Notes: generated by a model from the sequence alone, not told the origin. A stretch of 64,000 bases of DNA from Oopsacas minuta (GCA_024704765.1 JAKMXF010000365.1:186001-250000), one strand, 5' to 3'; counted from the first letter of the stretch, positions 48,746-60,878 are shown. Numbers and translations: made by a program.

Positions 48746-49130
48746 TGGAGAGTTCTAACAAGAAATATAAATTACAAAAGTGTAAGAATGCACTGCATTA
48801 TATTTCCTGAGGATTGTCCAGTTGAAACGAGCAAAATTGTTGAATTTTGGTCAGGTTACCCAAGAATCCGAAATGTACATTTGAAAATCTCGAAAATGTA
48901 TTTTTTTGAAATATTTTGGGTAATTTTAGGTATAATAGGGGGGAGATCGAGAATTCCAGGGATTTACAAGCACGCTTGCTTGTAACCTTGGTATCAAATG
49001 ATAATTTACAGAATAAAGCAATCTTAGCCTTTTATATTATTCCAATATTCCTAGTGATAAAGCATAGCAATCTATATCTGATATATTATCTATTCATTAT
49101 CCACTGTTTGCAAATAATTTTGAAGGAAAA

Positions 49131-52100
49131 TTGGAAATGCTGGCCCGTAAAGAGAGTACAGATGAAGATGAATTCCATTCCCCCGTAAGAAAATCCTCTT
49201 TCTTCCAGGCCCCTCCTTTCTCTGCTAAGCGCGCTAACAAGAAATCCTCTGTAGTAGACGAGACCTTACCTGACTTATTCCTCTCTCAGAGCTCTGCCTC
49301 CGATAAGACGGACAGTAAACAGAATTTCAAAGTTTGTGTCCGCGTACGTCCTCTAATCCCCAGAGAGCATCTAACCGGTAGTATTACCTGTGTGGATCTG
49401 CCCCCTGACCAACAGACGGTCCAGATCTACAAGCCTTCCCCGACAACCACCATAGACGGTAACCCGAATACCTTAGTTCAAACACCTGACAGCAATACAA
49501 CAAAGGAACACACATTCTCATTTGACAGAGTATACGGTCCCGCTACCACACAACTGGACCTCTACAGTACAGCGGTCCGTCCTGTCGTCCTAAATATCCT
49601 TGAAGGGTATAACGGGAGTATTATAGCTTACGGACAGACATCAGCTGGTAAGACCTACACCATGGAAGGCGGACAGGGGGGCGTATCTGACGTTACCCGT
49701 GGGATAATCCCCCGCGTCGCCGAGGAGATATTCTCATACATTGAGAAGTCCTCAAATTCAGCTAGCAGGTTTCTAGTAAGAGCTTCTTTCATGCAATTAT
49801 ACAACGAACAGCTACAAGACCTCCTCCACCCTCCCAGACAGGGACAACCCAAACAACCCCTGAAAATAAGAGAAGTACCCACAGGCATTTATGTACAGGG
49901 CCTATCTGAATCCGTTGCCAAAGGGCCACAGGATATAATCGAGCTTATGCGTAGAGGATCACAGCACCGTATAACAGCTAGTACTCAACTTAACTGGAGC
50001 TCTTCTAGGAGCCACGCCCTATTCTCGATAATAGTTGAACATTCCGAAGTATCTACCGTATCCAAGAAGAAGGTTATAACTATTGGAAAGCTGAACCTGG
50101 TCGATTTAGCTGGTAGTGAGAGGGTCAAAGATTCTGGCGCTGAAGGGGAGAGATTTGGGGAAGCATGCAAGATAAATTCTAGTCTGACTTCTTTAGGGAA
50201 AGTTATTTTAGCTCTCACAGCTAGAGGGAAGGGTCAGCTACACGTACCATACAGAGATACTAAGATAACATTCTTATTACGGGATAGTTTAGGGGGGAAC
50301 TGTCGTACTACTTTAATAACAAATATCACTCCAGCTGGGATGAGTTATTCTGAGACTCTGAGTACTTTAAGGTTTGGTAACAATGCGAAGAGTGTCCGAA
50401 ACGATGCGCGTATTAACCAGGATATGTCAGAGCAAGGGTTGTTACTAGCTTACGAGAGAGAGCTCCAGAAGTTAAGAAATGAGTTGGAGACAGCTTCACA
50501 TAAACAGGGTGGTAACCAGGACAACGGGAGGCTAGAAGTCCTGGAGTACGAGCTGAGAGGAGCTCACGAGATCAATGAACAGGTACAACAGACCTTGAGG
50601 GAGCGGGAACAAGAGATAGTGAATACTCACAAGGAGCAGAACAAACTCAGAGAGAAAATTAGTACTATGGAGCAACAGTTATTGGTGGGGGGAACTCAAA
50701 TTCAGGAGATGCCAGAGTTCAGAGAAGCGGTGAGGGAAGTTGAGCAAGAGGTGAGTAGACAGTTTGAGGAGAGGATCAGAAGTCTTGAGAAGGAAAGAGA
50801 GAGGGAGAGAAGTGAGAAAGAGCAACTCCTCAAGAGACTGGAGACCTTCGAAGTGTCGTCTGCCTCGCCACCACAAACTGCGTGGGAAGACACTACACAT
50901 GCTAGTCTACAGAAATACGTAGATGCTATGAGTAATCCAGAAACAGGAATACCTCAACTTGGTCCTGACATATCTGTGGGTTTCTGTGGACAATCAGCTG
51001 TAAAATGGTTCCAGAGTAATATGCTGGGGGTAAGTGATAACGAGCAGGCAGTTAAGGTAGGTCAACAGCTGATGGAATATGGAGTTATATTAGGGGCTAG
51101 TGGGAGAGAAATATTCTCAGATGGAGAATTCGATCTGTTTCAATTTTCACCGGAGTATTGCGGTATTTCTACTTCATCTCCGGTTAAGAGAGTATCTGCA
51201 GGAATGGTACGGACTCCCTCCTTCACTTCTGAGCTATATCGTCCCTCCAGTCGTGAAGCTTACAGCTCGTACCTCAACTTGTCCCCCTCTCCCCCCTCAA
51301 CTGCTCCTGATTTGGGACAGTTTGGTGGTAGACCTCATGCATATAGCGCTATGAGTATGAACGCTGATTCCCTGTACGAGTCATCTGGGAGCTCCGGGGG
51401 ACTGTCCGCCCTCCACTCGGCAGCCGGAAGGGGTGAGACTATCCTAGTTAAGTCTCTTGTACCAACATACGGGGTAGACTGTAGAGACCAATCAGGACGT
51501 ACCTCCCTCATGCATTCAGTGATAGGAGGTAGACACAGATGTGTTAGTATGCTACTTAAGATGAGAGCTGATATTCATACTACTGATGTTAACGGCAGGA
51601 CAGCATTGCTATGGGCTGCGTACTACGGACACTTGGAAGTGCTTAAAGTACTGATCAAGCACGACAAACGTGTGTTGGACTTCACAGACCCTGAAGGGAG
51701 GACGGCGCTCCACTGGGCGACTAAACCAGACAATGTAGATTGTCTCCGTCTGGTAGCAAAACACTGCTCAAAAGATTTAATAACTCTACAGGATAAAGAT
51801 GATAGTAATGCTCTGATGTGGGCAGTCCTATGTGGACACCCGGTTCATTTAAACATCCTCCTCAAACAGTGTCCTCTCTCTAACCTCTCTCAGGGTGATA
51901 CCATGGGTCACACCCCTCTACACTACGCGGTTGGTATTGGACAAGAGTCCTGCTGTCAAGTTATCCTCAAGCATGCTCCTGAAGTAGCATTAATACCGGA
52001 TATACATGGACGGTGTCCTATCCACCTAGCTATAACAGAGACTAACTCTCTTGAGGTCTTACACACCCTTCTATCCTTGGGTCATAAATATAGCGGTATA

Positions 52101-52373
52101 AACTCGACCGACAAAAAGATGGCTACAGCATTACACTGGGCTGCAGCACTAAACAAGCTTGATATGGTTAAGCTATTACTCGAATTTGGAGCTGTCCCTG
52201 ATTGCAAAGACCTTAGAGGATATACCCCGCTACATTATGCTTTGAATAAGAGTCATAAGGAAGTAGTGAAGGTATTCGAACAGCTGGAGAGACCAGTTTC
52301 TTCACTAAGCACCGTGAGCAGTGTGGAACCGTCTAACCAGCAAACTCTATTTCAAAGAGTTATCAAGAATTGA
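49131..52373 (+). CDS. Kinesin motor + coiled coil + DEP domain + ankyrin repeats, single exon, 1080 aa
   Basis: Motor: VCVRVRP, FSFDRVY, GQTSAGKT, SSRSH, LVDLAGSER, LLRDSLGGN. DEP-like: FCGQSAVKWF...AVKVGQQLMEYGVI...FSDGEFDLFQF. About 8 ankyrin repeats (GRTALLWAA, GRTALHWA, GHTPLHYA, GYTPLHYA). Confidence 0.93.
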   Translation: MEMLARKESTDEDEFHSPVRKSSFFQAPPFSAKRANKKSSVVDETLPDLFLSQSSASDKTDSKQNFKVCVRVRPLIPREHLTGSITCVDLPPDQQTVQIYKPSPTTTIDGNPNTLVQTPDSNTTKEHTFSFDRVYGPATTQLDLYSTAVRPVVLNILEGYNGSIIAYGQTSAGKTYTMEGGQGGVSDVTRGIIPRVAEEIFSYIEKSSNSASRFLVRASFMQLYNEQLQDLLHPPRQGQPKQPLKIREVPTGIYVQGLSESVAKGPQDIIELMRRGSQHRITASTQLNWSSSRSHALFSIIVEHSEVSTVSKKKVITIGKLNLVDLAGSERVKDSGAEGERFGEACKINSSLTSLGKVILALTARGKGQLHVPYRDTKITFLLRDSLGGNCRTTLITNITPAGMSYSETLSTLRFGNNAKSVRNDARINQDMSEQGLLLAYERELQKLRNELETASHKQGGNQDNGRLEVLEYELRGAHEINEQVQQTLREREQEIVNTHKEQNKLREKISTMEQQLLVGGTQIQEMPEFREAVREVEQEVSRQFEERIRSLEKERERERSEKEQLLKRLETFEVSSASPPQTAWEDTTHASLQKYVDAMSNPETGIPQLGPDISVGFCGQSAVKWFQSNMLGVSDNEQAVKVGQQLMEYGVILGASGREIFSDGEFDLFQFSPEYCGISTSSPVKRVSAGMVRTPSFTSELYRPSSREAYSSYLNLSPSPPSTAPDLGQFGGRPHAYSAMSMNADSLYESSGSSGGLSALHSAAGRGETILVKSLVPTYGVDCRDQSGRTSLMHSVIGGRHRCVSMLLKMRADIHTTDVNGRTALLWAAYYGHLEVLKVLIKHDKRVLDFTDPEGRTALHWATKPDNVDCLRLVAKHCSKDLITLQDKDDSNALMWAVLCGHPVHLNILLKQCPLSNLSQGDTMGHTPLHYAVGIGQESCCQVILKHAPEVALIPDIHGRCPIHLAITETNSLEVLHTLLSLGHKYSGINSTDKKMATALHWAAALNKLDMVKLLLEFGAVPDCKDLRGYTPLHYALNKSHKEVVKVFEQLERPVSSLSTVSSVEPSNQQTLFQRVIKN

Positions 52374-52799
52374 ATCTAATTTGTAAATCCTTTCTTCGAA
52401 TTTCTTACATTTCTCTTTATTATATTTCTAGCTTGTGAGTAGACTGACTGTTCTAATTATTTTCACACTTCCGGCCGAGTGATTGTGTAAAAATAATTTC
52501 CAAATTATCATAGCAACCTGTACTATTAATAACTAACACTTTTGTTAATTAACTTAGACTCGCGAAACCGTTAATAATACCAAATATAAAATTAATTTCC
52601 GTTGTTTTTCAAATCACAGGAATGAAAATATTCACACTTCGTAATTACTTTCTTTTGAAAGAATTGTATGAAAGTTTTAAGAAATGCGATTTGTTATTAG
52701 TCTATGATTGGTATTTGATTAATTATGAATATCTGACTGCCGCAAAGGAAATAGTTAGATTCCTGTTTATTCTCATTTATAAGATTCTATTTAGCTAAC

Positions 52800-55710
52800 A
52801 TGTCATCCGTAAAGAAGTATGTTCCAGATGAATGGCACGCTTCAAACAGACTACAGTACTCCAGGGCAGAACAGTCTCGTTTGGCTAGTCAGCAGATGAG
52901 AGATGAGACTGCTCGTCTACTCATGGACACAGATGCTCGTACGGTCCGTTCACAAGAGGACAGTACTAATAAACTGATTAGACGGATAGATGACGCTAGT
53001 TTCTGGAAAGGAGAGTTAGAAAGAAAGTTCCAAGACACAGAGGAAGAGATCGGAGAGCTGAATGGTTCAATTCAGCAGCTGGAGGCTGAGCTTAACTCTA
53101 CTCAATTACCTCTTGAGGTATGATTAACCGCGAGCTTATTATGAATAGATCAATCTGTATTACACGGGGGATATATATTTGAAGGAATTATCCACGAATA
53201 ACTGTAGAATATTCGCATCAATCTTCGCTATAATAATTATGTAATAGAAAGTAATAACATATAATTGCAGAGCTCATATTATCTGTTTGGATGGTTTTTA
53301 CAGAGATTCAGTATTTTATTGTACACATCTTTTTAGATAAACCACCTTGTTGAAACACACAGCTAGTATATTTGGCATGATTTTTGAATGACTTCACAAT
53401 TTGATTGTATTATTAGACTATTTGTGTTAATACTTATTCACAATAAACTAACACACAACATGGCACTTATAGCGCTGACGTAATGACCTTTATAGAATAG
53501 AATACTGTTACAGACTTGCAGTCATGTTGTGTAGTTCTGTACACAGCCATCTATTGAATTGTAATACATGTTCCTTTATAATTCAAATAATATTAGTCAA
53601 ATATTTGTATGATACTTTAATAGGAATTATTGGGAAATCAGAGTCAGTTAGTTTATCAAAACTTGAATAACAAGGAACTAATAAATATAATGAATACTTT
53701 TAACCTATTGTTTTCCATTAGGTATCACGTCAGTGCCTTGAGTATCGGACACATCGTGAGACAATCGATCTTGTACATGACGAGCCTGAGAAACAGCTGT
53801 TGAAGGAGGTGGAGGTTATACGAGGAGTCCAAAATATGCTGGAGTGTACTCTCAATAATGCTAAGGAACAATCAAGAATATTGAAATCCTGTCGCTTTAA
53901 ACTGGGGAAAGATTTAGAGGACAAATCTTCCTCTCTTATGATTGATGAGCATTGTCACGGTCTAACTAACGAATCTTCCCAGCTAGGATTGCATACAGGA
54001 CCAGCTCCGATTGTGTCACAGGTTATCACACCCGAACAATGGCAAGAATTCACACACGGGAATATTCAGTTCGCTGAGAGACACAGAGCTGCCTCACAGA
54101 CCCTGAGGGGGGTAGTAGATGGAGTCATATCTCAGTGTATAGGGGATATTATTGAGCAACGAGAGAGTACTGATCTCTCTCTAAGCATTAGAATTAAGGT
54201 ATTACTATTATTTTAATTGTTTTGACTGTATTTCACAAGAACCTGTGAATATTCAAATTCAATTCTACCTAACTTGTCTCTAGCTATATTGATAGTTATT
54301 CCCATAAATTTGCATTAGTGAATATTGAGAACATGAAACCATCTTCACACATTTTATCATAATTATAGCATACCTGTTAATTAAAGCCATATTTGCGTGT
54401 ATCGACGACTACCTGTGTCATCCTAAACAATCGCGTATAATTCTAATCAATATTAAATCAAAATGCACACATTCCTGGTAATACTTTGAGAATTTACTAG
54501 CTGTAACACAGCCAGAATGTTTTCTAGAATATTTTTAGAATTACTATTATCTTAACTTTGACGAAGCTATTACGCTGAGTAATAATACTTCTATAATTTG
54601 CTCATAGATAATACTTTATCCTTCTGGTTACAAAATACCTACTCAGTGCAGCCCTTGCTATCCATCAGTGTTTGATTACGTTCCTTAGTTTCTATTGTTT
54701 AAAGTACAACTAGGAGAGTTGTAGATTTTATTTTGTAACTTGCCATATCCGATTTATCTTTTGACCTTATACACAGTTTATCTGTGGGCGGTTTGTCTAA
54801 ATAAAGCTGTTAGTGCCAGGCTAGTTTAATGAGTTTCTACTCATAGCCGAATCATAAAGTTAAGTTCATGAGACCGGAATTATTGTCAGCTAGGATAGCA
54901 TATATTCTGAATACTGAAGTAAGTATACTCACTAGTTTCCTACTAATAATCATGAGTGTATACTCTCTCAGCTTGATAGCTCTGCTAGCTAGAATATCCA
55001 CCAACTGCTGATCTATTCAAATCCATGTAATTATTCATATCTTGGTTATTTCCCCTTACTTCATTTAGTGGTGATCTCTCCTTCAACTGAAGTGATTCAC
55101 ATCATATCCTATAGTGTAATATTCCATCATTATTATTGAAAATTTTCCAAATGAAACAATCTATATTATGTTTGTTAATGCATTCAAACGATTAACACTA
55201 CTGCAGAAGTTGTAATGTTTTCTAGTATATTTACTTACACTAAAAGTATAATCTTGTATACGTATTCAATGTAATGCTGAATTGATGTATTATTGCTTGT
55301 AGGAAACAAATGAAGCAAAGACTAATCTGGAGAATCAGCTCGAGCAGACTGGAGAGGAAATAGTTGAGGTTGAGAAGACGATTGAGGATTTAAACAAGGG
55401 TATTGATGCTAAGGCTCCGCCCCTTATGGTAGCCCACACACGACTAGACAATAGACAGATACGTCCTCGTGTGGAGCTTGTACGTGACCCCCCACAGACC
55501 AGACTTGAAACCGAGGTTTCTGACCTAAATACTGTTCTGGACAAACTCCGTTCTCAGCTACAACTAGCAGAAACTACTCTGAAGCATTTATCTCGCACTA
55601 AAATCGATCTGGAAGAGGATATTCGTGTAAAGAAGAAATCTCTCTTCACTGACCAAGAGCAGTGCGTAAATCTACGTACTAAACTGAAGGCTACAGAATC
55701 CAATAGCTAA
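52800..55710 (+). CDS. TEKT1: Tektin (TEKT1-like); exons 52800-53117, 53722-54198, 55303-55710, about 400 aa
   Basis: YVPDEWHASN, FWKGEL, CLEYR..R..IDLVHD, DLEDK..L.IDE.C, VAHTRLDNR..RPRVELVRD. Three phase-0 exons. Confidence 0.92.
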
Positions 55711-56324
55711 GCTAACTAACTCAATTATTCACATATTACCTATCTTCTAACATCACTTACTCATCTATTACTGTACTTACATTATACTAGAATACATCAC
55801 TTCTTAAATCAGCTGCCAATTTAGTAATTACTCGAATTGTAGCTTCCCTCATGATAGCTAAAATACAAAATCACAACTATTCTCTGATAGATAGTTTAAA
55901 ATTATTCCTAAGGTTATCTTTCCATAAAAATAGTGCTGAGATCTTTACCAAATAATCTGTAAGCTAATATTTCCAGTGAATTATCTTTGAAAATAATTAC
56001 CATTATTTATTGCAGATACTATATTTGTACATTATATCATTCTCCTTTCATCATGTAAATACTTGAAAGATGAACGGATACAACTCCTGTGGAACAATCA
56101 TAGCAACCTTTAGGTTAATATTTCTTGAATTCCCAAATTCGTGATTCGAACTGATGACAGTCCCCTAATGCATTTTTAACATGAATATTTCTCAATAGTT
56201 TGTTAATAGTCTTAACAATCAATTACCCTTTGAACACATCTGTATAAACCATATGCGGATATTTTAGTGGTATACCTTCTAATTATACTTCCTGCGGAAG
56301 ATATGATATTTGTAGGTTTGTAGC

Positions 56325-57923
56325 ATGCAGCGTGTAGTAGTTTGGCCTCGTTATGAACTACTAACCCCGCTTATTCTGCACAAGCCTCCTTCAGGGCTCC
56401 TCTGTTCCAGACTCACTCACCCTCACTTGATTAAATTCTCCGCTTACATAAGAGCAAAGACCAAAAGTACTCGTCCACTGCTAAATTACACAATCTGGCT
56501 ACATGTAGCTACCAGTAAGCTAAGCATGGATGAGGAGACAGCCTGGCTGTATATAGACTGCTATGAAGCGGCTAGAGAGGTAACGAGAGAGGAGAGAGCT
56601 GAACAACAACAGAGATTAGCCTCACTACAGAGCGGAGAGGAATTAATTGAGTATAGGAAAGATGTATGTGTAGATGCATTAAGCTTTATATTATATCTAT
56701 ACACACAAAATGCTCCGTATTCAGGGAGAACATTCGTACCTGACACAGGCTGGCCAGAACAAAGTCCTAGAGAGGGAACAAGATTTGATGAAGAGTACCA
56801 GTTCCTAAACTTCATACGCACAGGTGTTAAAGACATCTTACAGCTGATATCTGAAGTACCAGCTAGAGACAATGAATCACAGATTACGATAGAATGCATT
56901 GACTGTTTGGATTTAGTATTATCTTGCTCGTTAGATGGTAGAGTAGTTAGCATAAGAGAATTGCTACTGAGCTCTTCGTTACGACATGATTGTGATTTTT
57001 CTAATAATACTTTTTCCGTTAAGACGCTATCCTCTTGGTTGTTACAGCATCTATCAATCAGTCCTTACGGGGTATCTTCTATCATGAATGGACACCGTGA
57101 TCATACGAATTATTACTATAGGAGTAGTCATAGAGGGAGAGTATGTGGGAACTATTCTATAGCTCCACTCGGCCACCAGATCACTGTATTAGACCAGGTT
57201 CCTATACAGACTATACTCCTAGAAGCTAGAGACACACAGATTTCTTATGCATTCATTCGTAAGTGTAGAGACACGAATATATCCCTCCTAACACCACATA
57301 GAACTGTGGTTATAGAGAGGTGTTATGAATGTGATATTTGTCTAGCTCCCGTCGATTCTTGTCTCGTGATTAAGAAATGTGAGAATGTAACTGTTCGTTG
57401 TTTTGCTCGTAAAGTTGTTCTGTTTTCTCTGAAAGGCTGTAAGCTTTATATCAATACTCCTACCCAACCTGTGTTCTTATACAATAACTCTAATGTACAG
57501 CTATCTCCTGCTAATCTTCATTATCCTGCTATTGAGAAACAGCTGACTACATATCCAATGTGTGGAATTAATCTCTGGGATTATCCTACACTTCTTAGTA
57601 CGGATACTTCTCAGATAGGAGCTACACCTTATAAACTTATTGACCCGATCTCTTTCTCCGTACACCTTACACCCTTCTCCAATCCTGGAAAACTCTCCCT
57701 TCCTTACCCGCTACCCAGGAATTTCCGCGAGGCCCTGGCTGACCAGAAGAATGGTATGAAGGAGTGGCATGAACTAGAAGGGACTCTCAACAGCTCAGAA
57801 GAGCTTGTCCTAAAACAAGCGTTAGATGAAGGTTTTAATGAGTATCTATCCACTGAGAAATTATCTCAGAATATCCAACAAGTATTCGCTATTATAGATA
57901 AACATTCCAGTGATCATTCCTAG
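56325..57923 (+). CDS. TBCCD1: TBCC domain-containing protein 1
   Basis: VVVWPR...W.HVA..KL..DEETAWLY N-terminus and a C-CAP/cofactor-C beta-helix (IRKCRD..ISLL.P...IERC...KCENV). Confidence 0.88.
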   Translation: MQRVVVWPRYELLTPLILHKPPSGLLCSRLTHPHLIKFSAYIRAKTKSTRPLLNYTIWLHVATSKLSMDEETAWLYIDCYEAAREVTREERAEQQQRLASLQSGEELIEYRKDVCVDALSFILYLYTQNAPYSGRTFVPDTGWPEQSPREGTRFDEEYQFLNFIRTGVKDILQLISEVPARDNESQITIECIDCLDLVLSCSLDGRVVSIRELLLSSSLRHDCDFSNNTFSVKTLSSWLLQHLSISPYGVSSIMNGHRDHTNYYYRSSHRGRVCGNYSIAPLGHQITVLDQVPIQTILLEARDTQISYAFIRKCRDTNISLLTPHRTVVIERCYECDICLAPVDSCLVIKKCENVTVRCFARKVVLFSLKGCKLYINTPTQPVFLYNNSNVQLSPANLHYPAIEKQLTTYPMCGINLWDYPTLLSTDTSQIGATPYKLIDPISFSVHLTPFSNPGKLSLPYPLPRNFREALADQKNGMKEWHELEGTLNSSEELVLKQALDEGFNEYLSTEKLSQNIQQVFAIIDKHSSDHS

Positions 57924-58289
57924 TAACCAAAATAGAAAATTGTTATTGACATGTAAGCGATTATTGACTTCAGCTGTTACGTGTAAAATATTTCACAAAT
58001 ATTACTCAATCTTTCTGCTAATTTCTGATTAAAATAGCCTTTATTCACAGCACTTTCAATGAGTTTATTCATACTAAGCAAAAACAAAATCTATTATTAT
58101 CTGACAAACATAACTGCTCTATTCATCACTTCAAATAAGTGTTATAATCATATTATTGTATACTTCTGTTTTAGATGGGTGAGTGTAGTTTATTTGTCAC
58201 GTGGATATCACCTACTCAATATGCTTATACTGGACAGAAACATCAATTTATAATTGTATGATCTTCCCCTGAGTAATATTTCACACGTT

Positions 58290-60878
58290 ATGGAAGTTAA
58301 TTGCAGGAATTTCCTTATACTTTTGCTTATTTTGATGTTCTCAGAATCCAACTATTCTACCAAATGCTTTCCTAATGACGCAAATAACTCAACTATTTGT
58401 GAGAAGAATTATGGAATATTTGGTATTTTATTACAAAACGAATCTCTCAATTACATTTCTCTTCACAACAATTCTGTACATATTCTACAGAGATTATCTT
58501 CCAACTCTTTGCTATGTAGTTCATTAGATCCTAGAAATACTAGCCTATTGGTATATGCAGAGAGTACTGATAATAGTGCTGTTATAAAGGAGGCTGTATT
58601 TGATGCTAATACTCATGAAGTCTCTTATACAAATGTACTGTACTCGTATCTGCTAGGTGAGATCACTGGTATTGCAATAGAATCTAGGACAAAGCTCTTG
58701 TACTGGATAGATGGGAGTAGAGAAGTTATAGAAATTGGTACTCTAGAGGGTGACAAGAGATCAGTACTTGTATCGACTAATTCTAACCCAAACTTCCTTC
58801 TATTAGACACCAATACAAGTAAGCTCTTCTGGATTGATACAAGAGATTCTCTTGTATTCATAAACAGGATTTCCTTGGATGGCTCCAGTAGAGAAACTAT
58901 TCTCCGTCTACTCAATACCCGTATTATCTCTCTTGCTAAAGCTACTCTGTATTCACAGGGAAGTATATTTGAATACTTATTCTATGCAGATGGGGGTGAT
59001 ACTATCAATTGTTATGTAGTAGATTTAGACTTGACTCATATTCTTAGAACTCTATCTAGGTCTCATACTTCTATGAAGGTTTTTGGTGATGAATTATACT
59101 GGTTTGATTATGACACGACTAGAGTATACTCTGCTACGATTACCCCAGGGACTCCTCCATCCCTCTCTAATATAACAGTTGTATTCAAGACAGATGAGGC
59201 TATAAGAGAGATTAATCTTGTTTCTACTACGTCAGTTACCTACCCGGATACTCCCTGCAATTCTGAAGGTCTATGCTCTTATTTGTGTCTGCCTAGTGCT
59301 ATTAATACTAAATACAAATGTGTTTGTCCAGTGGGTATAGAATCAAAACCCAATTGCTCTCTCCTTCCTACTCATTTCCTTCTAATATCTCTACACAGAC
59401 AGATCCAGTATATTTCCCTTGATATCGTATACACACTATCCGCTATGCTATACCAGGAGGACAGGCTTATCACCGGAGCTGTAGACGCGTACACGCCGAT
59501 TAGTGGTACTCCCGTTATAATATGGAGTGATATAACCACTAAGAACAGCTGGGCCATCAAACAGCTGGATACAGCAACACGCATGGTTACCGTATTGGTA
59601 GATGGAATATTCACTAGAGGATTAGCAGTAGACCAAATGACTGGTAACATGTTCTATACGGACAGATTCAATAGCAGTATTAAAGTGTATAATATTAATA
59701 ATGGAGCTATGAAAACACTGATACAAAATGATATCTCAGAGAAAGTCTCTAAGCCCAGATCTGTAGCAATTGATCTCATTGATGGGTTTATGTTCTGGAC
59801 AGATTGGGGACTGGATACCATCGAGCGGTCCCGTCTGGATGGGACAGATCGTCGTATCCTCCTCTCTGAAAATATTCACACCCCCAGCGGTCTCTCAATA
59901 GACCGTACTAACAAGTTAATCTACTGGGTCGACTATTCGTATAAAACAATAGAGAGTTGTGATTACAATGGCTTCCATAGAAATACAATAATCAGAAATC
60001 TCTCACAGCCCTACAGTATGACGCTAAATTATCCTGAGTTATACTTTACAGACTGGAAAGAAAATACTCTTAATTATCTAATTCTCTCCTATTCTGATCC
60101 GATATACTTAATCACACACAAGTATAGAGATATTATAATGGATGTAGAGTACATAGATACGAGCATTAAGCCTTATGGTCCTTGCAGTATTGATAACGGA
60201 GGATGTACGCATATATGTTTACAGATAGGAGATGGTAAACATGTTTGTGAGTGTAATCACACTTCGCCAGATTGTGAATTACAAATAACCACTACTATCA
60301 CTATGATGAATGTAACTACACACATTCCTACTGCCATATTATATACAGATACATACAATATCTATTACGTCATACTAATCGCTCTATCTGCTGTGCTGAT
60401 ATTTCTACTGGTGATATTCTGTGTATTACTTATACTATATTCTAAGAAGAGAATACACAAACATTCGTTCTTCACATCTGCCCGCCCAGCATCTGGAAAT
60501 ACTCCGCACACAGATTCTCCAGTTCGTCCTGCTATCACTGATGCTATTTTCTCTCTGTCAAGCAATTCACCGCCCCCTCCGACCGAGGGACAAGTGTACA
60601 CAGAGATTACACAAGAACCTGTATCACCACAAACTCCAGGTTACGTAAGGCTCGAAAATTCTGATAATTCTACTCATTCTACTCCTGCCGTAAAGGATAT
60701 TTTCTATACTCCAAGCAAAGATTTACTCAAATCTATATCTATACACACCCCCAAGAGGTTATACGGACGCTCTAAAGCTAGCTACCAATTACTACCTAAG
60801 TTAGAAGAATCTTTTGAATTGAATTTTCTTTCTCCTTCCAAAAAAACAGAAACTCATTATCATTCAAGTTTGTTTTAA
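58290..60878 (+). CDS. LRP-like type I receptor: signal peptide, 2 x (YWTD propeller-EGF), TM, Ser/Pro-rich tail; single exon
   Basis: First ATG at 58290 (MEVNCRNFLILLLILM). LYWID/LFWID, CSYLCLP, MFYTD, MFWTDWG, IYWVD, LYFTDW, CSIDNGGCTHICL; TM YYVILIAL...LLILY. Confidence 0.88.
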   Translation: MEVNCRNFLILLLILMFSESNYSTKCFPNDANNSTICEKNYGIFGILLQNESLNYISLHNNSVHILQRLSSNSLLCSSLDPRNTSLLVYAESTDNSAVIKEAVFDANTHEVSYTNVLYSYLLGEITGIAIESRTKLLYWIDGSREVIEIGTLEGDKRSVLVSTNSNPNFLLLDTNTSKLFWIDTRDSLVFINRISLDGSSRETILRLLNTRIISLAKATLYSQGSIFEYLFYADGGDTINCYVVDLDLTHILRTLSRSHTSMKVFGDELYWFDYDTTRVYSATITPGTPPSLSNITVVFKTDEAIREINLVSTTSVTYPDTPCNSEGLCSYLCLPSAINTKYKCVCPVGIESKPNCSLLPTHFLLISLHRQIQYISLDIVYTLSAMLYQEDRLITGAVDAYTPISGTPVIIWSDITTKNSWAIKQLDTATRMVTVLVDGIFTRGLAVDQMTGNMFYTDRFNSSIKVYNINNGAMKTLIQNDISEKVSKPRSVAIDLIDGFMFWTDWGLDTIERSRLDGTDRRILLSENIHTPSGLSIDRTNKLIYWVDYSYKTIESCDYNGFHRNTIIRNLSQPYSMTLNYPELYFTDWKENTLNYLILSYSDPIYLITHKYRDIIMDVEYIDTSIKPYGPCSIDNGGCTHICLQIGDGKHVCECNHTSPDCELQITTTITMMNVTTHIPTAILYTDTYNIYYVILIALSAVLIFLLVIFCVLLILYSKKRIHKHSFFTSARPASGNTPHTDSPVRPAITDAIFSLSSNSPPPPTEGQVYTEITQEPVSPQTPGYVRLENSDNSTHSTPAVKDIFYTPSKDLLKSISIHTPKRLYGRSKASYQLLPKLEESFELNFLSPSKKTETHYHSSLF

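Noticed and set aside
58254-58289. ORF-track start of the LRP-like gene
   Set aside because: It is a TTG; the ATG at 58290 directly precedes the signal peptide.
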